This document shows positions 51,986-64,000 of a stretch of DNA of 64,000 bases, one piece after another. The position numbers and the translations under genes are program-made. The DNA is from Chiloscyllium plagiosum (taxonomy: Eukaryota): the NCBI RefSeq assembly GCF_004010195.1, contig NC_057720.1, positions 33,480,944-33,544,943 of the forward strand, written 5' to 3'. Below the pieces are notes generated by a model. The model ran no database searches and was not told the origin of the DNA. It saw only the letters and a list, made by a program, of their open reading frames with translations. Within the stretch, counting starts at the first letter, position 1; each line of letters opens with the position of its first letter.

Positions 51986-52513
51986 TAGTCCTTGAATGTG
52001 TTGTCACCAACCAAATGTTGGTGTTTTTCTGATAATGTAGATGTTGATAAACTGGTACAGCATCTGTCCTCTCAGGTGGATATAAAAATGATTATATGAG
52101 ACTATTTTGAATAAAGAATAGAGGACAATTGGCCGATATGAAATCAACATCACAAAAACAGATTATCTAATAATTATTACATTGTAGTTTACAGGACTTA
52201 TTGTGTGCAAATTGGCTGCTGGATTTGTCAAATTACTTACATAACTGTATATGTTTCAACAAAGTCTGTCATTCTTGTAAACTTCAATGAATACATGCTC
52301 AGTCTACGAGTGCATCCATTATCTTTAGCTACTTCTAAAATCCTAGGAGCAATCAATTATCAGCCTTTAACCCCATTAAATTCCCCCATACCTTTTTTAA
52401 TCTCGAGTAAAAGTTGCTGTGTTTATTTCACCCCCTACCTCTCCCAAGCCCATTGATTTAGTATTTTTGGAATCCTCCTCCTGTTAAGACTGATTAAAAG
52501 TATTTTTTATTTC

Positions 52514-52645
52514 CTTTGACAAAGGGTCAGTTAGACTCGAAACGTCAGCTCTTTTCTCTCCTTACAGATGCTGCCAGACCTGCTGAGATCTTCCAGCATT
52601 TTCTCTTTTGGTTTCAGATTCCAGCATCCGCAGTAATTTGCCTTT
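52514..52645 (+). mobile_element. Mini-element with U3-A8 hammerhead variant (52514-52550)
   Basis: CT TTGACAA A GGGTC AGTTA GACTC GAAACGTC AGCT + family tail. Confidence 0.75.
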
Positions 52646-52992
52646 ATCAGTTCTCACCATTTTGTAATTATCTTTTATTTAAGTTAAACAAAGTTGTTCC
52701 TAACTCAAGTTCACAAAGTCTGAGTGAGACTAAAGTGATGGAACAATTACAGCAACAGGTTCCATGTATTTTCCCATCATGTGAAGTGATCAGAGCAATG
52801 GCTAGCTAAGCCTACCACCAGAGGTCAAAATAATACCATGTGCAGATGATAGAATAACTGATGCTATTTCAGAATGAGGGTAATTCTAAACAGTTTAGCA
52901 GGTCTTCATTAATTTGAAGCTCAAAGGCAAATCCAGATTTAAATAAGTTAACACCATCAACTCTGCCTGAACCTAAGGCTAAAGGAATTCTA

Positions 52993-53090
52993 GGTGAAAG
53001 TGAGGACTGCAGATGCTGGAGATTAGAGCCAAGACTGTGGTGCTGGAAACGCACAGCGGGTCAGGCAGCATCCGAGGAGCAAGGTAAAGG
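52993..53090 (-). mobile_element. Truncated family C mini-element (tail only)
   Basis: Flanked by a direct repeat AAGG(C)TAAAGGAATTCTA. Confidence 0.75.
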
Positions 53091-53664
53091 AATTCTACAC
53101 TGTTAATAGTGGAGTTCTGATAAGGAAGTGGAGATGCCTTTAGAGACCTGAGGATGAAGAATGGATGGTTGGTCATCAGTTAGCAGTACCACCAGACTGC
53201 GCTAATAGAGTGGTATTAAAGCAAGGGGCACATGGAATTCTTAGGGCAGAGCAAGTAGGACACAGAAAATGCAAGAATCGGTATTTTGCTTGATTAAGAC
53301 TTCAAATAGTGAAATTCTGTAAAATGTGTCATACATGTCAGATAGTAGGAAAACACTTCATCTGTAATCAAAACAGTGTCTTTAATACCCATATCAGTTT
53401 TTGGAGAACCAGTCAGTTGAATGTAGGGCCATTACCAAAAACAAAAGCAGGGCACCTATATAACAATTATAGATATGACAATCCAATTTCCAGAAGCTAT
53501 TTCTTTTAAGGACAATTACAGTCAGGTTGCAGTTGGCAAGTAATTCAGGTTTTTACACATTATGAATGACAAATCGATACACAATCTGATCAAATTTCTA
53601 ATTCTTTCTCTAAAGTTTTCCAGAATGCAGTATTTTTGATATAGAACAATTGAAGGCAATTGCA

Positions 53665-54202
53665 TGTTCTGGAACAAGCAAGACCCATCAAAATATTTCA
53701 AGAAAGTAATCTAGACACTAACATTTTCTTATTTTAAAGGTTGTTCCAAGTGTGATGCAACTGGTCAAACCACTCTGCTTTCAGCAAAATACGAAGAAAC
53801 GACAGCAGGATTTAGAATAACTTAATGATCGGAAAACCTGACCAAATATTCAATACAGTAACTTAACTAATCAACTGTTCCATTATAGTAACATCCCATA
53901 AACAGACACCTTGGCAAAAAGGTAAATTCAAACACAGATTCTTACAGGCATGAGGGAATAACATCCAGACAGATTTCAGACATAGTCAGTTTGGAATAAT
54001 TTACTAAAGCTTGCAACCCTTCTGGTACTCACACATCTTGTGACTGCTACAGCGAAAAAAAAAAACTAGAAAGCCCTGAACTGGGAGAACTGCATTGATT
54101 CATTCTGGCTCTCTAGCTGCTTTAGCACCTCTCCTTTTACAACCTCTGTTAAAAAAAAAGCCAGGACAAAATAACTTTTTTAAAAATGACAGTACCGTCA
54201 TA
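53665..54202 (-). mobile_element. Probable solo LTR inserted in the Gypsy integrase
   Basis: 538-bp non-coding insert splitting the integrase core. TG at the left end, 4-bp TSD TGCA/TGTA. Confidence 0.5.
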
Positions 54203-54585
54203 TGTATATGATCTGCAAATAGTGTTTTGGAAAGATACCATCTGACTCCCAAAATCACAATTAAGACGTTTTGTTCTGATTACCCACAGAATTGGGGCAA
54301 AGCATTTGCTTTCTTAATATTCTGAGATTTTCCAAATGAATCTGTTGAACTTAGTCCACTTGAATTGATCTATGGCCTTGAGATAAAAGATCCATTAAAA
54401 TTAATTAAGGAAAAGTTCATAACCCAAAAATGACAAAGTCCCTAATGTTGGATTATATATCTGTGTTTCTAGACAAGTTCACAGGAAGATGTGAAGTAGC
54501 ACAAAAGCAATTATCTTTTTCAAGGCAAAAATGAAAGAATGGGCAGACAAACATGCTGCAACAAAAACATTTCATGTCGTAAACT

Positions 54586-54910
54586 AGGGGAAGTGATGGC
54601 CTAGTGGTATTATCGTTAGCCTTTAAATCCAGAGACCTAGGTAATGTTCTTGCGACGTGGGTTCAACACCCACAAAGGCAGATAGTTGAATTCAATAAAA
54701 ATATGGATAAACACAAAGCCAATTGTTGGGGAAAACACATCTGATTTGTTCATTCCCTTTAGGGATGGAAACTGCCTTCTTTACCTAGTCTGGCCTACAT
54801 GTGACTGCAAGACCCACAGCAATGTGGTTGACTCTTAACTGCCTTCCAGGCAATTAGGGATGGGGAGAAAAGTTCTGACCTAGCCAGTGAGACCCTTATG
54901 AATGAATAAT
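54586..54910 (+). mobile_element. Second tRNA-derived SINE family; related copies at about 59820-60020(-) and 61375-62070(+, split by an HE1 copy)
   Basis: GGCCTAGTGG A-box and GGGTTCAACACCC B-box. 3' tail (GGCAATTAGGGATGG...CCTAGCCAG..ATGAATGAATAA) is shared with the LINE end at about 57710-57780. Confidence 0.7.
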
Positions 54911-55008
54911 AAAAAAAAACCTAACAATCAGTATTATTGCCTTTGCTAGGTGAACTCTAAATGAAACTCAGTGGTCCATACAATGTAGTTAGGAGGATAA
55001 GGAAAGTA

Positions 55009-55136
55009 GGCAAAAGTGAGGACTGCAGATGCTAGAAACCAGAGTTTAGATCAGAGTGGTGCTGGAAAAGCACAGCAGGTCAGGCAGCATCTGAGGAGCA
55101 GGAAAATCGACATTTCAGGCAAAAGTCCTTCATCAG
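55009..55136 (-). mobile_element. Monomeric HHR family C mini-element (CpG-decayed core)
   Basis: Matches the 32096 element. Flanked by TAAG(G/T)AAAGTA. Confidence 0.8.
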
Positions 55137-56479
55137 TCTAAGTAAAGTACCTTATCAGATAAATACTGATCATTGTAAGAATAATTGGTTTTGACTAAAA
55201 TGTATCATCCATGTATCAAGAGGATAGAAAGGAGAAAGTGTGTCAGGTGGTAAGAGTAGTGGAAGATGACAGAAATAATGAGAGTGAGATAGGAGAGATA
55301 GACAGTTCACAAAGTGAACCTCCAAGAATTTGTCTAGCCACTATGGAGATACTGTGGTGCTCAGACATTGTGCTGTTATATTTAGAGGAAGGAGGTAGGA
55401 GAATTGGGACTGATAAATTGGTATGCTTATTGGTTGAGCACAGAGAAAACAAACTCAGGTGGGAAAAGAGATGGAGTACATTCTGAAAATTCACTTGATT
55501 AAACCTAACCAAAGCAGCTGGAGTTTACCAATAATGTTGGTTCCTAAACTGGATGATCAACCAGATTCTGCATAGATTCAGAAAAGTAAATGCAGTCATG
55601 AAAATAGATCCATACCCAGTTCCAAGATTGTATTGATAGGCTTGGCAATACCTGATTCTTTTCTAATATTTACCTCTTGAAGGGCTATTGGCAAGTGCTA
55701 TTAACATCAAGGGCTAAAGAGATATCTGTTTGTCACATCATATGGGTTATGCCAACATTGAGTCATGCTATTTGACATGTGAATCAAATTGTAGCTGAAG
55801 TACCAAATGGAGTACATTAATGTCATAATGCAAAATAACAGATTTTAAGAGCATATAAGGCACTTTGAGGTCCTCTGCAAACAATTTCAGTTAAGTGGCA
55901 TTGTAATAAAATGAACGTGCAAAAGTAAAGAGTGTTACTGGTTACTAACTGCAGCTATCCACTACCTGGGCATTCACAGTGACATCCAAGTTTTAATTAG
56001 TTTACCAACACAGATATAACATATGATCAGTCTTAGATTGACTAAGTAGAGCAAGCACAAATTTCTGATTTGTTTCTTAAGGATTGCAGTCATCTTATTG
56101 AAGTAATTTCTAGTTATCCTCCTGACTGGTTCCATGTGATTTTAGTCACTTTGAAGGAACAGTACAATTTTCCTTTGTTCTCCAGAGAAGGCAATTGCAT
56201 GCTTAGATAACAGTGCATTATTAGGAATCAAACCTGTCACTACTGAATTTGTATAGGTCAGGTTATCAAATAAGAAATAATTGTGTAGTTAAAGTAATAT
56301 AAAGCCAACAAAGTACAATTGTAGAATTTCTAATGAATGGTTTTGAATCATTACCTCTGTTCTTCCTTCAGCAACTGCTGCAGACCTGCTGTATTTCTCC
56401 AGCACTCTGTTTTTGTTTAGGAGCCAATGTGAATTTTGAACACGACCACACTGGTTAGAATCACACCTAACACAAAAGA

Positions 56480-57780
56480 AGATCATTGTAATTGTTGGAG
56501 GTCAATCATTTAAATCCAGCTCGGCCCAACCATCTGCAGCTGCTTCATCAATTACTTTCCCTACATCACAAGGTCAGAATGATGATGATTGTACAATGTT
56601 CAGCACCATTCGTGACATACCAAATTATGAAATAATCCATGTCCACATGCAGCAAGACCTGGACATCCATCTTGACCTAATAAGTAGGTGGCATACATTG
56701 ACCACCTCCCAATGAGAGAGATTATAACCACTGGCCCGTGACATTTGATGGCATTACCGTCACTGAATCCCCTACTATTCCTATTATTATGTGAATCATT
56801 AACCAGAAACTGAACTGGATCAGCCATATAATTTCTGTGACTAGAAGAGAAGGTCAGGGGATAAGCATCCTGCAGCGAGTAATTCTCGTCCTGTTTCCCC
56901 CAATCCTGCTCACCACCTGCAAGGCTCAGTTCAGAAGTATTGGAGAATAATCTCTATTTGCCTGGTGGGGTGCAGCACCAAGGAGTCAAGAAGTGAGCAG
57001 CACGGTGGCACAATGGTTAGCACTGCAGCCTCACAGCGCCAGAGACCTGGGTGCAATTCCCGCCTCAGGCGACTGACTGTGTGGAGTTTGCACATTCTCC
57101 CTGTGTCTGTGTGGGTTTCCTCCGGGTGCTCCGGTTTCCTCCCATAGTCCAAAAATGTGCAGGTTAGGTGAATTGGCCAAGTTAAATTGCTCGTAGTGTT
57201 AGATGAAGGGGTAAGTATAGGGGAATGGGTCTGGGTGGGTTGCGCTTCGGGGGTCGGTGCAGACTTGTTGGGCCGAAGGGCCTGTTTCCACACTGTAAGT
57301 AATCTAATCTAATCTAATCTAAAAAAGTTTAACACCATCCTGGACAGAACAACCCACTTGATTGATATCCCATCCTCCACCTTCAACATTCAATTCCTTC
57401 ATCACCTATGCACAGTGTCAGCAATATACACTGCCTACAAGATGTACTACAATATCTCACCCAGGCTCCTTCAACAACACCTTCCAAACCTGCAATCTCT
57501 ACCACTAAGAAGGTAAAAGATAGCAAATTATTGGCACCACCACCACTTGGAAGTTTTACTCCAAGTCACACAGCATCCTTACTTGGAATTCTCTAGCCAT
57601 TCCTTTTCTGTAGCTAAATCACAATCCTGGAACTTTCGTCCTAACCCTACACTCTATCTGTCACTATATCTCAAGCTGTTCAAGAAGGCAGATTACCACC
57701 ATCTTTACCAGAGCGATTAAGGATAGGCGATAAATGCCCAGCCTAGCCAGCGACACTCCTATCTCATGAATAAATTATTT
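56480..57780 (+). mobile_element. Old CR1/L2-clade LINE 3' region, interrupted by an HE1-like SINE (56997-57321)
   Basis: Decayed RT motifs (LGPTI.SCFIN, DDCTMF) and a 3' tail shared with the second SINE family. Confidence 0.65.
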
Positions 57781-58489
57781 TAAAAATATTATCTGCTTTT
57801 TGAAATAAATAAACAAAAATTAGAATGTTGGAGTGCACAATTTTCTTAAATCTGATATGTATCAAAGGCAGAGAATTTATTAAAACAAGGAGTAACTTTC
57901 ATCTTAATTTCAATGCAGGCATAAGTCTACACTACGAGATGAAGCTCAAACACTGGCTTGAAGGGTTAGACTAAGTGAAAAAAGGCAGTAATAGACATTT
58001 CAGTTGATACATTTAATTATGTTACTGTGAACTATGTAATAAAGAGATTAGAAAGAAGTACAGATTATAGGATTTACAGAAGCAAGGAAAACAGAATGGT
58101 TGCTGCACTGTAGCTCAACAAATGTTCAGTTCAGTTAAATTAAAAAGCCAAGAAAGCAACCCAACAAAATTGTCTGCTGAATCTGATTAATGTCACAACC
58201 AGTCTTAATCAGCGAGCAATCAGTTCCCCAATAGTTCAGATCAAATTCTATAAGCTAAATGATGCTGATGAATTGAGCACTCACTGTGTGGTAACAAACT
58301 GGAAACTTCCATTACCTTAGATAGTTGAGCACCAGGATTGAAAAACTAAATGAACATTTTTGTATCCAGTAGCTGGTTCATGTATATTTCTCCAATGATA
58401 CATGTTTAATGTTGAAGTATAAGATAATTGTGATAGGATTTGTACTTTACTGCAATTCGTTCTTTTATTTTGTAATGGCTTATTTCCAC

Positions 58490-58750
58490 AGAATCTCGAC
58501 AGTGGAGAACAGGCCATTCGGTCCATCAAGTCCACATCAGTCCACTGAAGATCATTCCACCCAATCCATATAACCCTATATTTCCCTTGGCTAATCCACC
58601 TAGCCTGCACCTCTCTGGACACTATGGGCAACTTAGCATGAACAGTCCACTTAAACCTCACATCTTTGGATTGTGGGAGGACACCTGAGCACCCTCTGGA
58701 TCCTGGGTCCCTGATGCCATGAGGCAGCAGTGCTAACCACTGAGCCAACT
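58490..58750 (-). mobile_element. HE1-related V-SINE, degenerate (also about 48841-49020 + and 61565-61875 -)
   Basis: GGCAGCAGTGCTAACCACTG head and GGATTGTGGGAGGA V-domain on the reverse strand. Confidence 0.7.
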
Positions 58751-61700
58751 GCATTATGTAAAGTAATTTATATTGTTTTACTGTCTTATTTTAACTTGCA
58801 CTACTTATTGGTTAAACTTTCATTTCTGGACTTTTGATTAATGTCTTGCACATTCTTCATTATTACTATAACCATTACTCTAGTGATCATTTAAATAACT
58901 ATCTCAAACCCTCTCAATGGCAGTTAGGGATGGCTGGCAAAGCAGACATGGCCAGTGATACTCACACCCCATGAATGTGTTTAAAAAGTGGTCCATCTTC
59001 AAATCAGATTACGACAGCTATAATATTAGAATCTATCAGATAATGTGGATAGTTTTCCAGGTCCACCTGACAACATAAAGTAGAATATCTCCATGCTAAT
59101 TAATTCTTGTAGTTATGAAGAAATTAAACAGATTTCAGACAGTTTTTCAGCATTTATATTTTTAAATAGGGACCTGGCTGCTGGCCACTTTATAACTACT
59201 GCAGGGACCCATGTTCCAACTTAGCAGTAAGTTTGTTCCCTCTATCTCAGAGTGGGATCTTCAGCACAGACAGAAAGCCTAACCAGATTGTAAAGATACT
59301 TATGTTCAATTGATTGAGGAATTTTCCAGAACATGCAGTGCAGCAAATCTTGCTGTCAATAGCCCCCTGACATGTATGGGTCGAAATTTACTTGTGAGCT
59401 CTCGGTTTGATGCCACGTCTTATAAATGTTTCTGTGTAATGACTGATTCTTACTCAGGGTAATATTCACTTTAAAATCAACATAACATGATCCTAAATAA
59501 AAACCAAAAGGAACTGAAAATCTGAAACAAAAGAACAGACAACCAATATTGCTGTCAACCTAAAAATTGTAAATATTACTGTATGTGTACATTGTCAGGT
59601 AAAATAGTTTCACTCAGGGTTGAACAGGCCTCCCTTCTTACTGTAATTTGCTCATTGGAAATTATGAGTTTTGCATTCACCCAGTCCTTGAACAATAGAA
59701 AAATAATACATTTGCCTGAATCACAAGATGGAATCAGAGATTTCGAGGAAGGGAGGGGAGAGACACACAGAGACAGAGACAGAGAGATCAGGTGAAGGTG
59801 AGGGCAAGGTGTAAATTAGAAGAAATGACATATTAGTGAGCCAGCTAGGTGTTTCCTGTAATTCAACAATAGATTCATGGTTATCATTAAACTCATTAAA
59901 TTCCTGATTTTTATTGAATTCAACTTCCACCATTTGCTGTGGGGGGATTCTAACTTGGGACCACAAGTACTACCTGGGTTTCTGGATTAAGTTCTTCAGC
60001 AATAATATCACTAAGCCATTGCAGACCCAGATAATGTTTGTCCAAGATCACAATGGTTTCAGGAAATTCTACATATTACAGTCAAAATGCATCACCTGTT
60101 CTGCTATCCTTAAATGTGTTTTAATTAACTACTGATGCAATTGGTTCCTTTTTAAAAAAAAAATATGTTAGTATATTTTATTAACTCTATCATCTGTTTC
60201 TGTAATATTTTAAATCTTCAGAATAAAATAGACCTTAACCACTTACTTAATACTAGCCAGTTAGGTTCTTTTCCAGTAATAGAGGAAGAAATAATTCCTA
60301 GGAGATGAAAAAAAATGGAAGAAGCAAAGCAAAGAAACGTCTTCTTCCCTAGTTGCTTTACTCACCAAACTGCTGACACTCTGTTCTACGTCACACCCAA
60401 GTGCTGAGTCACACTAAAATGTCTATTTATAATATTACATTTTAGTTCAGATGTGCTTAAACCCCAATCTCAGGTCATCTTCCTTACATTTATCTGCCTC
60501 CTCCTTGAAGACATTCTTTAAATCCTAATTCATTAACCAAGCTTTCAGGCGTCTGCTTGAATATTTTCTGTTTTGGCTCAGTATTACTTTTTGCCAAATT
60601 ACATTTGTGGAATCATAGAATCCCTACAACAAGGAAGCACGCCATTTGATATTCTGGGACTTCTCCCCACTGCTAAAAGAATACAATATAAATGGAAATC
60701 GTTGCATTCTAATAAACACAATTGAACTATTAGATTAGGTAGTCAATTGCTTCATTGGATATAACCAATCACATCTTAGAAATTTAATGCAATCGATCCC
60801 ATGACATTTTAATAACCCCCATTCAAATTCACCACATATCTAATAAATAATAAACACAATTGCTTCATTGTATTTCAACAAATCCTCTCTAATTATTGGC
60901 AATAAAATTAAAAGTCAATCTCAGAATTGCCATTTTAATTCCCTTTCTGGATACAAGTAAAACCTTGCCCCTGTCAAGAGTTTGAAAAGCCAATCCCAGC
61001 TTTGGATTTATTAATGCTTATCCCGTTATTGAAGTCAATTGAATTCAAGTCCTTTAATAGTTCAATCCTGTTATCATATTCTAAGAAAGCCTGTATCACC
61101 ATTAAAGATAATCACTTTGATGAATTGTAATCATGCCAATATCACTGAAAACAAATTCAGTCAATACTTTATATGGATTCTACTAATGATAATCCAATTA
61201 CTAATTTTCAACAGACCCAAATTACATTTCCAACTCAACCAATCTTATTGCTTGGTAAGAAGATAATCCTTTTGCTGATGTCAAATAAAGTCAATCTTAC
61301 TACTGAATTCTAAAAAGTCTTTCCCATTACTAGAAGTGAATATAATGAATCCTATCATTCAATTAATTGGTTTGGGGAGACATAGTGGTGTTGTCACTGT
61401 ATTATTAATCTAGAGGCCCAGTTTAATGCACTGATGGAATTGAGATATAATTAAAGAGTCTGGAAGATTAAGCTGTTCTCAGTAATAGTGGCTGTATCAA
61501 TTCTCACCAATTGTCATAAAAGCCCATCTGATTCATTAATGACTTTAAGAGAAGGAAATCTGACATAGAATCCCAACAGTGTGGAAACAGGCCATTCAGA
61601 CTATCCAGTCCACACCACAACTCTAAAGTGTATTCCATCCAGACTCACCCCACCAGTCTGTAACCCTGAATTTTCCATGGCTAATCCACCTAGCCTGCAC

Positions 61701-62449
61701 ATCCCTGGACAATTTTGCATGGCCAATCCACCTAACCTGCACAAGGAAACCAGTGCACCTGGAGGAAACTCACACAGACAAGGGGAGAATGTGCAAACTT
61801 CACACAGTCACCTGAGGGTGGAATCAAACCGTGTCCCTGGCACTGTGAGGCAGCAGTGTTAACTGCTGAGACACAGTACTGCCCTTTATCTTTACCAAAC
61901 ATCCTTTACTTAACTTAGTTGACATGTGACTACAGACCCATAACAAAGCATTTTACTCTTAGCTGCACTCAGCAATAGGTTAGCAAGCCATTTCAATCAA
62001 AGGAAATGAGGGACTGGCAACAAATACTGGCTTTGCCACTTAACACCCAAATCCCATGAAAGAATAAAAAGGTAAGATCAGTGTCAAATCCAGATTCTAA
62101 AAAACCTGTTCACATCTCCAGTTTCAGTGAAGCCAAATCCATCATTGAATGAAATTAAAGGTAATTTAACTATTGGATTGTAATAAACCCAACCTTTTTA
62201 TTAGATTTCAAATGTTTTGTTTCTAATCGTCACATCACTGGACTCTAAAACATCAGTTCCACCATTGGGTGTTGAAAGAACAAATTTTTTTTTGAGTTGT
62301 ATCGAGGCAGCATGATCTTCAAATTACTTAATCTACACCACTGGATTTAAATTAAGGTAATACCCTTCTTAAACTGTCATAAGTATATCCCTTTCAGTGA
62401 ATCCGAAGAAAGTCAATTCTATCACTGGATTCTAATGCAGTGATCCTCA

Positions 62450-62950
62450 TAGAGTCATACAGCATGTAAACAGACCCTTCAGTCCAAGCAGTTCATGCTG
62501 AACATAATCCAAACTGAACTAGTCCTGCCTGCCTGCTCACGGCCCATAACCCTCCAAACCTTTCTTATTCATGTACTTATCCAAATCTCTTTTAAACGTT
62601 GTAATTGTACTCGGATCCACCACTTCCTTGGGAAATTCATTCTACACATGAACCTTCCTCTGTGTAAAAACTTTGCCTGGTATGCCTTTTTTTAAAATTG
62701 CTCTCCTCTCACCTTAAAAATGTGCCCCCTAGTCTTGAGATTCCCTATCTTCGGGAAAAGACAACTACCATCAGCTCTATCTATACACCATTTTATAAAC
62801 TTCAATCAGATCACCTCTCGACCTCCTACAGTCCAGTGAAAAAGGTCCCAGCCTATCTTTATAACTCAAACCTTCCATACCCAGCCACATCCTGGTAAGT
62901 CTCTGCTGAAACCTCTCCACCTTAATAATATCCTTCCTATAACTGGGTGA
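62450..62950 (-). mobile_element. CR1 3' region (older CR1 remnant also at about 63560-63960)
   Basis: Reverse complement of the CR1 tail (CATAGAGTCATACAGCATG..ACAGACCCTTC). Confidence 0.8.
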
Positions 62951-64000
62951 GTTTAGTTAGTTCACAGTTTAAACAACTAATCTTTCCCAGTTATTCCAAC
63001 TGAGCACAATTCTAGAGGTTCACAGTCCTTGGATAGGGGCCCCCAGTTTTGGAATGCTCATACTTAATAAATGCAAATAGGATGTAATTTTTAGTATCTG
63101 ACATGTGAACATTTCCTGTACCTATGAATGGCTATTTTATATTGTCCCGCATCATGTTCCAGCTTGTGTACAAGTTGACTTGCAAGCAAACTTAAGAACA
63201 GAGCCAGCTCGTAACCTGGGATTCCTTGTATAAAATTTGAAGAAACTTCTTCCCATTGTAATACAACCTGACCGGATCAAAAATCTTCATCCACTAAATA
63301 AAATTTTGGAACAAACAATACTCAATCCATTTCCATTGTGATTGTACGCGATGAGGAACATCAGCTTTTCACCTTTTAACAGGTAAAAGATAATTTCTCA
63401 GTGGGCTGCAGATAAAGAAAAAGCCAATGGTATCACAGGATTTTTAAAATATTGGTCAGATTTAGATGTCTATACTAAAATGTAAATAAGATTAAATTTA
63501 ACTCATATAATCATTGGAGTTATATAATATCAATTCTATCATTAGATTTTAAGTAATGAATGAAGAAGGCATTCAGAGCTTACAACTTTAACTATACCGC
63601 GAATTTGCCTATTTCCTCAGCTCAGTCTTAAAAGGCAAGAGCCTTATTTTAAATAGTGACCTTTAGTTCTGGATTCTCATCAATGACAAACACAAACACC
63701 TTTCCCTAGCCACCCAGTCATGGCCCCTCAGGATCTTGTGTTTCACTCAAGCCACCACTTTAATACTCAGCAGATACAAGCCTAGCCTTTCCAACCTTCC
63801 TTCATAAAGCAAACTATCATTCTTGGCATCATAATAAATCTCCTCTAAATGGCCTCCAACTCATTTACATTCTTCCATTAAAAAAGGAAATCAAAGCTAC
63901 ACACAGTACTTGAGATGTGTTTTCACCAATGCCTTCTACAACTGAAGCATTATCTTTCTACATTTGTATTCAATTATCCTTGCAATAAACAATACCATTT

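Larger units (their letters stand above)
53200..55960 (+). mobile_element. Degenerate Gmr1-like Ty3/Gypsy pol remnant (integrase upstream of RT)
   Basis: Integrase motifs FCKMCHTCQIVGK, VGPLPKTKAGH, QSDQ, LERYH..SPLELIYG..DPLKLIKE and SGPY. Then RT motifs LVPK, FCID.RKVNAV..DPYPVPR and LLKGYWQV at about 55530-55730. Confidence 0.8.

Noticed and set aside
36300..64000. Exons of a neighbouring host gene
   Set aside because: No ORF or splice-bounded segment resembling a cellular protein was recognised. Small exons could have been missed.

Overview
Eukaryotic (vertebrate) genomic DNA, very probably from a shark or ray: it is dense in HE1-like V-SINEs, partner CR1/HER1-like LINEs and Deu-domain SINEs. 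The only host gene I can support is a complete 8-exon ATP6V0B (V-ATPase c'' proteolipid) on the + strand. Its CDS runs 7194-35722 (618 nt, 205 aa, all GT-AG introns), and its CpG-rich promoter carries two TCACGTGA (CLEAR-type) boxes. Most of the rest is retroelement debris: CR1, Rex/Babar-like, SINEs, a Gmr1-type Gypsy with integrase before RT, and several Penelope-like elements (PLEs). The most notable signal is a minimal type-I hammerhead ribozyme (HHR) motif, CUGANGA-N-stem II-GAAACGUC, recurring in at least four repeat families. It occurs in PLE pseudo-LTRs and in many 100-250 bp, often palindromic, non-coding mini-elements with 15-16 bp target-site duplications (TSDs). Stems I and II covary between families, and one subfamily has the compensatory U3-A8 core. 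Repeat family names come from recognition of motifs, not database searches, and repeat boundaries are approximate.
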